This document shows, one piece after another, positions 48,982-59,821 of a stretch of 64,000 nucleotides of DNA. Where the stretch lies: NCBI GenBank assembly GCA_963712115.1, contig CAVQGX010000042.1:1-64000 (forward strand), read 5' to 3'. Within the stretch, counting starts at the first letter, position 1; every line of letters begins with the position of its first letter. The notes below the pieces were generated by a model that was given only the letters and a program-made list of their open reading frames with translations, was not told the DNA's origin and made no database searches. Both the position numbers and the translations under genes were made by a program. This stretch comes from an uncultured delta proteobacterium. Lineage in GTDB: Bacteria > Desulfobacterota > Syntrophobacteria > BM002.

Positions 48982-50244
48982 ATGGCAAAAAATATAGGCT
49001 TCGTATCAACTCGTTTTTCCGGAACAGATGGTGTTTCTCTAGAGTCTGCCAAATGGGCTGAGGTTCTACAGGCCAACGGGCACCAGTGTTATTGGTTTGC
49101 CGGAGAGATTGACAGGGATCCAGCAAAAAGTCTGTTGGTGGAGGAAGCTCATTTTGAACACGAGTCGGTCAAATGGGTTCAGGAAAAGGCGTTCGGCCGG
49201 AAAGGCCGGAAGGGAGTGGTCACAGACATGCTCCATGCGCTCCGCAGCCTCCTAAAAGTGAGACTCTATGAGTTCATCGAGAAGTTTCAGCTTGACCTGC
49301 TCATAGCCCAAAATTCACTGACAATTCCAATGCATATTGCCTTGGGGCTGGCAATCACTGAGGTAGCTGCAGAAACGGAAATTCCTATAATCGCTCACCA
49401 CCACGACTTTTACTGGGAAAGGGTCCGTTTCTCGGTTACCAGTGTTCACGATTACTTGCAGATGGCCTTCCCCCCAAACCTTCCCAATATTCAACATGCA
49501 GTGATAAACTCTGCCGCTCAGGAGGAGCTCGCTCTCCGCACTGGGGTTGCGTCTATTGTTATCCCCAATGTGCTGGATTTCGAGAATCCACCTCAGGTTG
49601 ATCATGAGTACACCGCTGACTTCCGTCGGGAAATTGGTTTGGAGGAGGGTGACATCATGGTCCTCCAGCCAACTCGTATCGTCCAGCGCAAGGGGATTGA
49701 GCACGCCATAGAACTGGTTAAAATGCTTCGGGAATCAAAATACAAACTGATCATCTCCCACGAGGCTGGAGACGAGGGGTATGATTACGCCGAATGGCTA
49801 AGAGATCATGCTCAGGATCACGGAGTCGATCTCAGGTTGATCGCAACCCGTGTGGGGGACAGACGGTCCGTCAATGATCACGGTGAGAGGCAATACACCC
49901 TTTGGGATGTCTATCCCCATGCTGATTTTATTACCTACCCCAGTCTGTATGAAGGATTTGGCAATGCCTTTCTGGAGGCCATTTACTTTCGCAAGCCCCT
50001 CCTGGTGAACCGTTACGGGGTTTTTGTCCGCGATATTGAGCCGCAAGCCTTTGACGTGGTGGTAATGGATGGATTTCTGACGAAAAAAGTGGTGCAAGCG
50101 GTTCGCGAGATTATTGAAAATCCAAAACGGTTAAAGCAAATGGTCGATCACAACTATGAAGTTGCCACCAGGCACTATTCTTACGCAGTACTGCGCAAAA
50201 GACTAAATTTCCTCATGGGAAACTTCTTCGGCATCGAGATGTAA
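48982..50244 (+). CDS. GT4 glycosyltransferase, paralog of 44962-46224
   Basis: Same length (420 aa) and the same motifs, ending NFFGIE. Confidence 0.82.
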   Translation: MAKNIGFVSTRFSGTDGVSLESAKWAEVLQANGHQCYWFAGEIDRDPAKSLLVEEAHFEHESVKWVQEKAFGRKGRKGVVTDMLHALRSLLKVRLYEFIEKFQLDLLIAQNSLTIPMHIALGLAITEVAAETEIPIIAHHHDFYWERVRFSVTSVHDYLQMAFPPNLPNIQHAVINSAAQEELALRTGVASIVIPNVLDFENPPQVDHEYTADFRREIGLEEGDIMVLQPTRIVQRKGIEHAIELVKMLRESKYKLIISHEAGDEGYDYAEWLRDHAQDHGVDLRLIATRVGDRRSVNDHGERQYTLWDVYPHADFITYPSLYEGFGNAFLEAIYFRKPLLVNRYGVFVRDIEPQAFDVVVMDGFLTKKVVQAVREIIENPKRLKQMVDHNYEVATRHYSYAVLRKRLNFLMGNFFGIEM

Positions 50245-50387
50245 TCCTTTATTCGATTTAAATATATGTAGCCCTCTCCGTGAATCTACAAAGTCCCTCT
50301 ATACTTCATATTGGTTGTTCCAACCGGTGAGCTCTGTGTATAATTAAAAGAAGAACTAGCCCGGATAAATGATAAGGAGGCCCTGCC

Positions 50388-51335
50388 ATGAGCAGAAGAT
50401 TTCTCTTTGGCGTAGACGATTCCGAAAACACCCTTCAGGCTCTCAAAAATTTTGCTGAACTTTTCCTGGAAAGTGATGTTATTTTGCACCTATTTCACGC
50501 CGTGCCTGAAAGTTCCCTCCTATATCCCGGAGAACTTTCTACTCTAGGTGGTGAGGTGTCGGAATGGGAAAAGGTGCAGGAGCGGCAAGCCCAGCGAGTT
50601 TTAGACAAGGCGGTCGAATTACTGGTGGAAATGGGCTATAAGCGCTCTCGACTCGAATCTGAGCGCATGTTGAAAAGCGTAGACACTGCACAGAATATTT
50701 TGGCTGCCTGCGAAAGCAACGAATTTGCCGCCATCGTCCTTGCCAGAAAGGGTCGCTCTGCTGTAAAGAGATTCCTCTTGGGAAGCACCACCACGAAGAT
50801 CTGCCAGTATTCAGAGGCGCAGCCTGTTTGGGTAATCGGCACTCCTCAACTGAAACCACCCAACATCTTGGCTGCTCTGGACGATTCCGATTGCGCTGAA
50901 CGCGTCTTTGATCACCTGGCTCAGTACCTTGCCCCATTTCCCGGAGCGCGGATAACTTTGTTCCATGTGATGCCAGCAAAACCGCCGGAGTTCTGGGACG
51001 ACGGCCACATTCTGGACGAGGAGGAACGGACCGAACGTGACGCTCTGGTGGCAAAGTGGCGGTCATCTCATGAGGAACGAATGGCAGAAATTTTTGCCAA
51101 AGCCAAGGAAGTTTTTACCAACGCCGGAATGAATGAAAAGCAAGTTGCCAACCAGATGCCGACTCGAATGCGCGGCATCGCTCGCGATATCATTGCTGAG
51201 GCCAGTCGGGGTAACTACAATATCTTAGCCTTTGGCCGAAGAGGTCTGTCTGCAATCAGTGATTTTAACCTGGGGAGCAGGGCAGCAAAGATGCTGCAAA
51301 GCGCCCGTGACTGCTCCCTTATCTTGGTAAATTAA
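50388..51335 (+). CDS. Tandem universal stress protein
   Basis: Two USP domains: ARKGRS..LLGS and GRRGLS..LGS. Confidence 0.9.
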   Translation: MSRRFLFGVDDSENTLQALKNFAELFLESDVILHLFHAVPESSLLYPGELSTLGGEVSEWEKVQERQAQRVLDKAVELLVEMGYKRSRLESERMLKSVDTAQNILAACESNEFAAIVLARKGRSAVKRFLLGSTTTKICQYSEAQPVWVIGTPQLKPPNILAALDDSDCAERVFDHLAQYLAPFPGARITLFHVMPAKPPEFWDDGHILDEEERTERDALVAKWRSSHEERMAEIFAKAKEVFTNAGMNEKQVANQMPTRMRGIARDIIAEASRGNYNILAFGRRGLSAISDFNLGSRAAKMLQSARDCSLILVN

Positions 51336-51552
51336 CCAGTTATTTGTCCGTGGTCCGTAGTCCGTTGCACCTCACTGCGTTCGCCGTAAAGCGAAGAGCG
51401 CCAAGCGCATAGGGTTAAAGCGAGAAAGGGCCAAGGCGAGATAGGAAAGAGAACGACTTTTCTTGCTTTTCCCGCTTTTCTCGCCCATACACGCTCTGCG
51501 CTATGCGAGTTTAAGCAACGGACTACAGACGACGGACCACGGACATCCCCAA

Positions 51553-51582
51553 ACAAAAAAGGGCGAGAATGAACTCGCCCCA
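51553..51582 (-). terminator. Terminator after the nuo operon
   Basis: GGGCGAG-TTCATT-CTCGCCC-TTTTTT on the minus strand. Confidence 0.7.
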
Positions 51583-51611
51583 TACCTTTGCCTGATTTTT
51601 GAGGTGCGCGA

Positions 51612-52355
51612 TTATTCCTCGCTTTCTTTCTTTGTTTCCTCTTCCTCCACTTCCTTTGCCAGCCCCTCACAAACTCCAGCCGGGCATACCTTCTGGTCTA
51701 CGTGTTTCTCGAACTCAGAGCGGAAATGCTTGAGGATGGTAACTACAGGATCACTGGTCGTCCTGGCAAAGTCGCAGTAGGGGGCATCCTGCATGGCCCT
51801 GCAAACCAGATCAAGCCTTTGGAGATCCTCCGGCTCACCCTTTCCTCCAATGATGCGCTCCAGGATTTCACGTAGCTCTAGCGAACCAACCCGGCAGGGT
51901 ACGCATTTACCACAGGAGACACCCTCCTCAAATTGTAGAAAGTACTGGGCGACCTTAACCATGCAGAAGCTATCGTCAATGGTGGCGATGAACCCGGATC
52001 GGTCGTATAAAATTCTCCCGGAGGTAGCTTTCAAGGGATCAATGTGCAGGAGATCAAAAAGGATGTGGCCTTGGGCCAAGGTGCCACTTACCACTTCTCT
52101 GGCCTTCTTTCCATCAACCTGCTCATAGAAAAAGCCCCTTTGGGGAAAGCCCACCAGAGCCCCGTAAGGACAGTCACCGTTGCAGCCAACCTTCATAGTA
52201 CCAACGGTCAATCCCAGATTGATGGCGGCGATCTCTTCTTCCAGCACCCTGCGAACCTCTTCACAGTCACACGTACAGGTGTCAGAGGGTGCGCAGATTG
52301 TTATACAGGCTCGCTGTTCATTGGCTTGGCAAAAGTTTGGGACTTGAGGTTCCAT
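51612..52355 (-). CDS. Thioredoxin-like [2Fe-2S] domain fused to a NuoF C-terminal [4Fe-4S] domain
   Basis: C...KVGCNGDC; SCGKCVPCRVG...YCDF...EFEKHV..KVCPAGVC. No FMN/NADH domain. Confidence 0.75.
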   Translation of the reverse strand: MEPQVPNFCQANEQRACITICAPSDTCTCDCEEVRRVLEEEIAAINLGLTVGTMKVGCNGDCPYGALVGFPQRGFFYEQVDGKKAREVVSGTLAQGHILFDLLHIDPLKATSGRILYDRSGFIATIDDSFCMVKVAQYFLQFEEGVSCGKCVPCRVGSLELREILERIIGGKGEPEDLQRLDLVCRAMQDAPYCDFARTTSDPVVTILKHFRSEFEKHVDQKVCPAGVCEGLAKEVEEEETKKESEE

Positions 52356-52420
52356 TCTACTTCGCTCTAGTTAATTTTAGGCATTTTAGACACTTTAGGC
52401 ACTTTAGCTCACTTACCCAT

Positions 52421-53842
52421 CTACATCAACATTCTGGCCGCTGCTCTGGCCACCTCAAGCAAATGATGGGGAAAAACTCCAAACACCACCATCAAGGCTA
52501 CCAGCGCTCCGGTGAGTACCTTTGTCGGTATGGAAACTGGAAGCCGGGGCTGCTCCACATCAGGCTCCATGAGATATGCTGCTTTCACCACCATGATGTA
52601 GTAGTAAAGAGAAATGGTGGCATTGACCATAGCGATAATAACCAGGGTGATATAGCCCTTCTCCATAGCTGCGGCGAATACCAAGAATTTTCCGGTAAAT
52701 CCTATTGTAGGCGGAATCCCTGCCAGCCCGAAAACAGCCAGCATCAGGGCCATGGCCAATATGGGCGAGCGGCGATGCAGCCCTGCCAGTTGAGCAATCT
52801 TCAGATCACTGCCGTCCTGGGCAACTTTAACAACCACCAGGAAACAGCAAAGATTCATCACCAGATAGGCCAGGGCATAGAATATGGCACTGGCATAACC
52901 AGTTTGGCTCATACTGAGAATTCCGATGAGCACATAGCCTGCATGGGAAATACTTGAATAGGCCAAAAGACGCTTCATGTCCTTTTGCACAATGGCAACC
53001 AGATTCCCCAGGGTCATGGAGGCAATGGAAAGGGTTACCAGCACATCCACCAGATATTTACTGTTGCCACCGACAAGAGACACCATTCTCATGATAATGG
53101 CAACAGCCGCCACTTTAGAGGCGGAGGCAATGTAGGCGGTTACCTGGTTGGCAGCTCCCTGGTAAACATCAGGAGCCCAGAAATGGAAGGGAAAGACGGC
53201 CAACTTGAAAAAGAAACCACACAGGACAAGAAGTAGGCCCACGATTGCAGCCGGATTACTGATAACATTGGGGAGGACATTGATAATGTCTACCACGTAG
53301 GTAGTATGGGTTACCCCGAAGATAAAAGAGAGGCCAAAGAGCATAACTGCTGAAGAGGTAGCCCCCACCATGAGATATTTGATGCCGGCCTCCACATCGA
53401 TTCCGTGTCCCCGGCGCAAAGGCACCAGAATGTAAAGTGAATAACTGGAGAGCTCCAAGGCGACATAGATGGTCAAAAGCTCCACACTGCTCACCAGCAT
53501 CATCATCGCCAAGGTGCAGGTGGTGAGGAATAGATAAAACTCGGGGTGGTGTCGCTCCTCTATGCCGTTAAGCTCTGTGCAGAGGCAGATAACCAAGAAG
53601 AAGCCCATGGCCAGCATCACTTTGAAAACCTGGGAAAAAAGGTCGACCCGATAGGCCTCGAAAAATAGGGTTCCCTCCAGTTTTACCGAAGCCAGAGCTA
53701 CAACAACCCCTACTGAAGCCAAGAGAAGTGCCGCGAAGTAGTCACGCCTGGGATTGGGGCGGGCAACCATTGCCAAGCCAAAGAAGACGACACCCATCAA
53801 CAAACAGTAAAGCTCAGGAATAAATAGAATCCACAATTTCAT
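52421..53842 (-). CDS. nuoN: Complex I subunit N
   Basis: [19 protein letters not shown]; [14 protein letters not shown]. Confidence 0.93.
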   Translation of the reverse strand: MKLWILFIPELYCLLMGVVFFGLAMVARPNPRRDYFAALLLASVGVVVALASVKLEGTLFFEAYRVDLFSQVFKVMLAMGFFLVICLCTELNGIEERHHPEFYLFLTTCTLAMMMLVSSVELLTIYVALELSSYSLYILVPLRRGHGIDVEAGIKYLMVGATSSAVMLFGLSFIFGVTHTTYVVDIINVLPNVISNPAAIVGLLLVLCGFFFKLAVFPFHFWAPDVYQGAANQVTAYIASASKVAAVAIIMRMVSLVGGNSKYLVDVLVTLSIASMTLGNLVAIVQKDMKRLLAYSSISHAGYVLIGILSMSQTGYASAIFYALAYLVMNLCCFLVVVKVAQDGSDLKIAQLAGLHRRSPILAMALMLAVFGLAGIPPTIGFTGKFLVFAAAMEKGYITLVIIAMVNATISLYYYIMVVKAAYLMEPDVEQPRLPVSIPTKVLTGALVALMVVFGVFPHHLLEVARAAARMLM

Positions 53843-55320
53843 TACGGCAACCCGTTAATAAAGGGAATTGAAGCGACCTGTATCACATCAAGCATTACTG
53901 ATGGGAAAAGGCCGAAAAAGACAATTACCGCAACCAGGATCATCCTGGGAATACCCAGGCCGAATGTGACATCGGGCAGGTGGTCGAATTCCTCTCTTTT
54001 CTCACCATAAAAGGTTCGCTGTACCACCCGCAACATGAACAGGGCACTAACCACCAGGCCACAGATGGCCAGAGCACCCCGAATCGGGTAAGTCTTAAAA
54101 GCAGCGATAAAGACAAGTAGTTCCGCCCAGAAGCTGGCCAGACAGGGCACGCCGATTCCTGCCAGCGCGGCTACAATGAAATAACCCGAGGCAATGGGCA
54201 TTGTTCTGCTCATACCGCCCAGCTCCGGAATCATCTTGGTGTGGGTCTTATCGTAGATATAGCCCACGGCGGAAAACAAGAGTGCAGTCATGACCCCGTG
54301 GGCGAACATCTGAAACACCGCACCATTCAGGCCATCTACCGTGACCGTGGCCAATCCCAGACCAACGATACCCATATGAGACACACTGGAGTAGCCAATG
54401 ACGTACTTGAGGTCCGTCTGGGCCAGCCCCACGAAAGCACCGTAGACGATGCCGCAGGTGGCCAGCACCGCCATGAGTTGGGCCCAGTACTGCCAGCCCT
54501 CGGGGCAGAGGAATATGGCCACGCGCAAAACCCCAAAAGCCCCCAGCTTCATAAGCACGCCGGCGTGAATCATGCTCACTGCAGTGGGCGCGGCCACGTG
54601 TCCCACCGGAGACCAGGTGTGGAAGGGCCACACACCCGCCAAGATGCCGAAACCGAGATAGAGTAGGATGAAGGCAAATTTCTGTTGGAATGGAGTAAAA
54701 GTGCCCGGTTGCATAAGAGCGACTACATCGAAGGTGTTGAGACCCGAATTCACGAAGAGATAAAGGATGCCGGGCAGAATCAGAGCACTTCCCGCCAACA
54801 GATAAAGGGTAAGCTTCATGGCGCCGTATTCTTTGCGGGTGCTGCCCCAGATGGCAATGAGCGGATACATGGGGAAGAGAGAGACATCATACCAGACAAA
54901 AATGAAAAAGAGATCCATGCTCATAAAAACGCCGAAGACCCCGGCAACCAGCAGGAAGGTGAAAGCGAAAAACTCCTTAACCCGGGTCTCCAGCTCCCAC
55001 ATGGTGAGAACTCCGGTAAAGAGCACAATGCCTGTAAGCATCAACATGGGAAGGCTGAAGCCGTCAACCGCATTGAAATAATAGATGCCCAGTGATTTGA
55101 CCCACAGGACTTTCTCGACAAATTGGAGACCTCCCTGGGTCTTGTCATAGGCGAAAAAGAGGTAGATGGAGAGCACCATGGTAATCCCGGAGGAGACCAG
55201 GCTAACCCACTTGATCAGCATCTTACGCTCATCTGGAATAAAAAGGATCACCAGCAGGCCCACCACACAACTCAAGAGGATGGCGGTAAGATAGGGAAAA
55301 TTGGCAAACTCCATACTCAT
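53842..55320 (-). CDS. nuoM: Complex I subunit M
   Basis: [16 protein letters not shown]; GVLMKLG; YSSVSHMG. Confidence 0.92.
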   Translation of the reverse strand: MSMEFANFPYLTAILLSCVVGLLVILFIPDERKMLIKWVSLVSSGITMVLSIYLFFAYDKTQGGLQFVEKVLWVKSLGIYYFNAVDGFSLPMLMLTGIVLFTGVLTMWELETRVKEFFAFTFLLVAGVFGVFMSMDLFFIFVWYDVSLFPMYPLIAIWGSTRKEYGAMKLTLYLLAGSALILPGILYLFVNSGLNTFDVVALMQPGTFTPFQQKFAFILLYLGFGILAGVWPFHTWSPVGHVAAPTAVSMIHAGVLMKLGAFGVLRVAIFLCPEGWQYWAQLMAVLATCGIVYGAFVGLAQTDLKYVIGYSSVSHMGIVGLGLATVTVDGLNGAVFQMFAHGVMTALLFSAVGYIYDKTHTKMIPELGGMSRTMPIASGYFIVAALAGIGVPCLASFWAELLVFIAAFKTYPIRGALAICGLVVSALFMLRVVQRTFYGEKREEFDHLPDVTFGLGIPRMILVAVIVFFGLFPSVMLDVIQVASIPFINGLP

Positions 55321-55332
55321 GTGCCCTTAACC

Positions 55333-57246
55333 TTAGAAGAAGAAGTAAAGTGCCACCAGGGCCAGCACAGCAAACATCACCATTAAATTGTACTGGAGCA
55401 TTCCCGACTGCAGGAAGGAAAGCGCCCAGCCACTGCCAACTGTGGCCCTGCAAATTCCGTCGATGCCGCCGTCGATCACCCGGCGGTCGTTTCTGGTAAA
55501 CAGGTTAGAGACAATTCCGTAGATGAAATAATCGAGAAAGCGTCGATAGAAATGGTCAATGTACCAGCGGTTAGCAAAAAGAGCGCTGATTGGCTCTACC
55601 TTTTCGATAAAACCCACCTGGGAGGCCCCTTTGCGGCCAAACTCGAGCCAGGCCAGACCCACACCTGACAAGGCCAAGCCCACTGCTACATAAAGCAACC
55701 AGGCGTGGTGACCACCGTGAGCCTCACTACCACCGTGATGGCCAACCAGGAAATTCTCTAGAGGAGTCTGGAAGAAACCGAGCACCAGGGTGACAGAAGC
55801 AAGGATGATAAGAGGCCAAGCCATCACCCAGTAAATACCAGCATGATGATGGCCACCATCGTGTCCATGACCATGGCCGCCATGCTCCCCGTGGTGGGCT
55901 TTTTCGATCTTGTTTGGAAAGAGAATAGCAAAAATTAGTCGGAAGGAATAATAGGCGGTCAGAAAAGCACCCAACAACCCTGCCCACAGCCAGACGGGAT
56001 TGTGGAGTCCGGCCAAGCCGCCCATGATCGCCTCTTTGCTGAAAAAGCCGGAAAGCGGCGGCAGGCCAGACAAGGCTGCCGCGGCCAAGGTAATACACAC
56101 CATTGGTACTTTAAGGCCACGCCCCCCCTTTTTACCCATTTCGAAAAAATCGTTGGTTTCAAACTCGTGGATAAAAACTCCCGAGCAGAGAAAGAGCAAG
56201 GCCTTGAACCCGGCATGGGTGGTCAGATGAAAAATCCCGGCGAAATAACTGCCCGCTGCCAGTCCCATGACCATGAAACCGAGCTGGCTGATGGTGGAGT
56301 AGGCCCAGACCTGTTTGATGTCCCTGGTCACCATGGCCATGGTGGAGGCCAGTAGCATTGTAATGGTGCCGATGGCCAGGAATGTGGTCATGGCGGCGTC
56401 CGAATTGCTGAAAAAGGGGAAAATCCGGGCGAACATGTAAACCCCTGCCGCCACCATGGTGGCCGAGTGAAGCAGGGCACTAACAGGGGTGGGACCTTCC
56501 ATAGCATCGGGCAACCAGGTGAGCAAGGGGAACTGGGCGCTCTTGCCGGCAACGCCACCGAAAATCAATATAGCGCAAAGGGTTATCAAGGCTGGTGACA
56601 TACGCGCGGTCACATCAACGGAGTTCATATCCAGGATATTAAGGTTGCCGAAATTAAACAACACCAGAAGCAGTCCAAGGAAAAAGGCAATATCCCCGAA
56701 ACGGGTCATAACAAATGCCTTTTTACCCGCCTCTGAGGCGCTGAACTTTTCATAGTAAAAGCCGATGAGCAGATAGGAGGCCAGTCCCACCAACTCCCAG
56801 AAAACGTAAAATTGCAGCATGGTGGGCGCTATGCTCATGGTCATCATGGCCCAAGCGAAAAGGGACTGGAAGGCATAGTAGCGGGCAAACCCCGGATCTC
56901 CTGCCATGTAGCCTAAAGAGTAGACCTGAACTAAGAATGAGATAACCGCAACAATGGTGAGCATCAAAAGACTGAGTTGGTCCAGCAGAAATCCGAATGG
57001 AATGTAAATATCCCCTGAGATCATCCACTTGGCGGTGTACTGTATGGGTTTTTCCAAGTGCCAATGACTGCCGAGAAGGAAAAGTGCGCAAGAGAGGGAG
57101 ACACTCACAGCTGCAATGGACAGAGCGGCCGACAGTTTCGGATATGGCCGGGTGAAGATCATGATCAAGGCAAAAGTGACGAAAGGCAGCAGTGCTGCCA
57201 GTGCGGCAGCCATCAGAGTTGGATCTTGGAACCAGGAAGAGGTCAT
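55333..57246 (-). CDS. nuoL: Complex I subunit L
   Basis: GKSAQFPLLTWLPDAMEGPTPVSALLHSATMV. Confidence 0.95.
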   Translation of the reverse strand: MTSSWFQDPTLMAAALAALLPFVTFALIMIFTRPYPKLSAALSIAAVSVSLSCALFLLGSHWHLEKPIQYTAKWMISGDIYIPFGFLLDQLSLLMLTIVAVISFLVQVYSLGYMAGDPGFARYYAFQSLFAWAMMTMSIAPTMLQFYVFWELVGLASYLLIGFYYEKFSASEAGKKAFVMTRFGDIAFFLGLLLVLFNFGNLNILDMNSVDVTARMSPALITLCAILIFGGVAGKSAQFPLLTWLPDAMEGPTPVSALLHSATMVAAGVYMFARIFPFFSNSDAAMTTFLAIGTITMLLASTMAMVTRDIKQVWAYSTISQLGFMVMGLAAGSYFAGIFHLTTHAGFKALLFLCSGVFIHEFETNDFFEMGKKGGRGLKVPMVCITLAAAALSGLPPLSGFFSKEAIMGGLAGLHNPVWLWAGLLGAFLTAYYSFRLIFAILFPNKIEKAHHGEHGGHGHGHDGGHHHAGIYWVMAWPLIILASVTLVLGFFQTPLENFLVGHHGGSEAHGGHHAWLLYVAVGLALSGVGLAWLEFGRKGASQVGFIEKVEPISALFANRWYIDHFYRRFLDYFIYGIVSNLFTRNDRRVIDGGIDGICRATVGSGWALSFLQSGMLQYNLMVMFAVLALVALYFFF

Positions 57247-57248
57247 GG

Positions 57249-57557
57249 TTAGCCTCGTAGTTCTTGGGCCCGCTCGATGTTAATGGAGCGGAGCCTGCGG
57301 AATAAAGCCACTATGATACTAAGGGCAATGGCCGCCTCAGCTGCTGCAATGCCCATAATGAATAAAGTATATATCTGACCGACAATCGGATCAGGTGCCA
57401 AAAATCGGTTGAATGCCATGAAATTTATGCTGGCGGCGTTAAGCATGAGTTCGATGGCGATGAGCATACCGATGAGGGAACGGCGCTGGAATACACCGAA
57501 AATCCCGAGACTGAACAGCAAAGCCGCTATAAAAAGATAGGAATAGAGACTGTTCAC
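57249..57557 (-). CDS. nuoK: Complex I subunit K
   Basis: IELMLNA; IAAAEAAIAL. Confidence 0.93.
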   Translation of the reverse strand: MNSLYSYLFIAALLFSLGIFGVFQRRSLIGMLIAIELMLNAASINFMAFNRFLAPDPIVGQIYTLFIMGIAAAEAAIALSIIVALFRRLRSINIERAQELRG

Positions 57558-58090
57558 GACGGCCTCCTGCGGGCATAACCGGAAATTACAATGGCGCCGA
57601 GGATTGCCACTAACAGCACCAAAGAGATTGCTTCAAAAACCAGGTCGTACCGGGTAAGTAGATAATGACCCAGGGTAGTCACCGACCAATCACTGCTGCG
57701 ACTCGCGGCCGGCTGCCAGGGGGTGCGGCTTACAATCCCAGCCAACATAATGAAAACCGCCGCACCTACTGCCGCAGCTAACCCCACCTTGGGCAAACGC
57801 CGTTTGGGGACACTCAGGTGAAGGGGTCTGGACAGCATGATCGCGAAGATAATGGAGATACAAATTGCTCCCACGTAAATGAGCAGCTGCATGAGCGCAA
57901 TGAATGGGCTTCCCAGGTAAACGAAAAGGCCGGCCACCCCGGTGAGGCAGACAATGAGGCCCAAGATATTGTAGAGTATGTTCCGCGGGAATACCGCTAT
58001 AAGGGCTCCGGCAAAAGTAAGTGCAACTACGGCGGCAAAGCCTGCCTGAGCTAGAAGCTGTGGTTGGATAAGGCTCTGAACCGAGTTCAT
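57554..58090 (-). CDS. nuoJ: Complex I subunit J
   Basis: QLLIYVGAI; FEAISLVLLVAILGA. Confidence 0.92.
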   Translation of the reverse strand: MNSVQSLIQPQLLAQAGFAAVVALTFAGALIAVFPRNILYNILGLIVCLTGVAGLFVYLGSPFIALMQLLIYVGAICISIIFAIMLSRPLHLSVPKRRLPKVGLAAAVGAAVFIMLAGIVSRTPWQPAASRSSDWSVTTLGHYLLTRYDLVFEAISLVLLVAILGAIVISGYARRRPS

Positions 58091-58524
58091 GCCGACTCCT
58101 CCAACCGCTGAAGGAGGTCCACCACCCCGCCCCAACGGCTATAATGTGCTAAATCGTATTCGTCTGAAAATTTCAGAGTCTGGGTGGGACAGTTGGCCAC
58201 ACACAGACCACAGAGACTGCAATGAGAAAAATCGATAAAATATAGGCTGGCTCGTTTTTCGCTGTGGGTATGAGTCTTTTCGCCCTGAACCTTGATCACA
58301 TTGGTAGGGCAGAATCGCATGCAAGTACCACAGGCAACGCAATTATGGGTGCCGGTTTCTGGGAAGCTCTTAAACTCAATATGCCCTCGGTAGGCGGGGC
58401 TCATATCCAGATATTTCCGGGGGTATTGGACCGTAACCACAGGCCGATAGATACGCCGGATAGTAACCGACATCCCTGCGATCAGGCTCCAGCCACCCAG
58501 CAAAATGTCTTTGATCATACCCAT
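58087..58524 (-). CDS. nuoI: Complex I subunit I
   Basis: TVQYP; two CxxCxxCxxxCP motifs. Confidence 0.92.
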   Translation of the reverse strand: MGMIKDILLGGWSLIAGMSVTIRRIYRPVVTVQYPRKYLDMSPAYRGHIEFKSFPETGTHNCVACGTCMRFCPTNVIKVQGEKTHTHSEKRASLYFIDFSHCSLCGLCVANCPTQTLKFSDEYDLAHYSRWGGVVDLLQRLEESA

Positions 58525-58574
58525 AAGAGATTTAGCTCCGCTCAGTTCTACATTTCAAACGCGCCGTTGCGTTA

Positions 58575-58735
58575 TTAAATCCGAATATCGAATTTCGAAA
58601 TCCCAAACAAATTCAAATTTCAAAATCCAAATGACCAAAACTTTAGTCGAGTCTCTTGGGCTATTTTCCTTTTGAACATTGGAAAATTAGGATTTTGAAT
58701 TTGTTTAGTGCTTCGTGCTTCGGATTTAGAATTTC
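58575..58735. repeat. Palindromic dispersed heptamer-repeat element inside the nuo operon
   Basis: Similar to 42843-43010. Confidence 0.65.
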
Positions 58736-58797
58736 AGACGACCTACTGCCAGATCGCAACGCTTCTAGTTAACTGAAAACTCTTGCTATGTTGCAAG

Positions 58798-59802
58798 CTA
58801 ACGCAATAATTTTATGATCCCGGCATAGACGATCAGATGAAGCAGTGCCGCCGGAATCATGATCTTCCAACAGAAGTTCATGAGCTGATCGAATCGCAGC
58901 CGTGGGAAAGTCCAACGTACCCAGATTACAACAAAGATCAGCACATACGTCTTGGCCAAAAACCAAATCAGACCAGGCACCGGCAGAAACCCGAGAAAAG
59001 GCAAGGGTTTCCAGCCACCAAAGAACAGAGTGGTTGCCACCGCCGCCACAATAAGCATATTGGAATACTCAGCCAAGAAAAACAGGGCGAAACGCATTCC
59101 ACCGTATTCCGTGTGAAACCCTGCCACCAGTTCTGATTCCGCCTCGGGGATGTCGAAAGGCGCCCGGTTAGTCTCAGCCGTGGCGCAAATAAGATAAATC
59201 AGTGCGGCCACCGGCATCCAAAAAACGTTCCACACGGTAGACTGTGACTCCACGATCTTAGACATTTGCAAGCTGTTAGACCAGAGGAGAGCGCTAAGGA
59301 CTGTAAGCAGCAAGGGAATTTCGTAAGCAATATTCTGGGCTACAGACCTGACGGCACCAAGCAAAGAATACTTGTTATTGGAAGCCCAACCACCTACGAG
59401 AATTGCCAGCACGTTAAAGGTGGAGAAGGCGAAGATTACGAGCAGCCCAACGTTTAAATCCCGGATCTGTAACTTTTCACTGAAAGGAATGACCACAAAG
59501 CTGACCAGCACCGGCAGGAATATAGCGACGGGCGCCAGCATGAAAAGTTTCTTGTCCACATGGCGCGGGGTGATGAGTTCCTTACTCATCAGTTTGACAC
59601 CGTCAACAATAGTCTGAAGAATACCAAAGGGCCCAACCTCTTTAGGACCTATGCGAAGTTGGATGTGAGCAGCGACCTTCCTTTCCAGCCAGACCAGGAA
59701 CAAAGCGTTGACCTGCACCAGCGCCAGGACACCTACCAACCCCACAATAATCACGGTCAAATCGGGACCGAGATAGTTTACCAGTTTTTGCCAGGCGGCC
59801 AT
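58798..59802 (-). CDS. nuoH: Complex I subunit H
   Basis: [14 protein letters not shown]; [25 protein letters not shown]. Confidence 0.96.
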   Translation of the reverse strand: MAAWQKLVNYLGPDLTVIIVGLVGVLALVQVNALFLVWLERKVAAHIQLRIGPKEVGPFGILQTIVDGVKLMSKELITPRHVDKKLFMLAPVAIFLPVLVSFVVIPFSEKLQIRDLNVGLLVIFAFSTFNVLAILVGGWASNNKYSLLGAVRSVAQNIAYEIPLLLTVLSALLWSNSLQMSKIVESQSTVWNVFWMPVAALIYLICATAETNRAPFDIPEAESELVAGFHTEYGGMRFALFFLAEYSNMLIVAAVATTLFFGGWKPLPFLGFLPVPGLIWFLAKTYVLIFVVIWVRWTFPRLRFDQLMNFCWKIMIPAALLHLIVYAGIIKLLR

Positions 59803-59821
59803 GCTTTTCTCCGCTTATATG

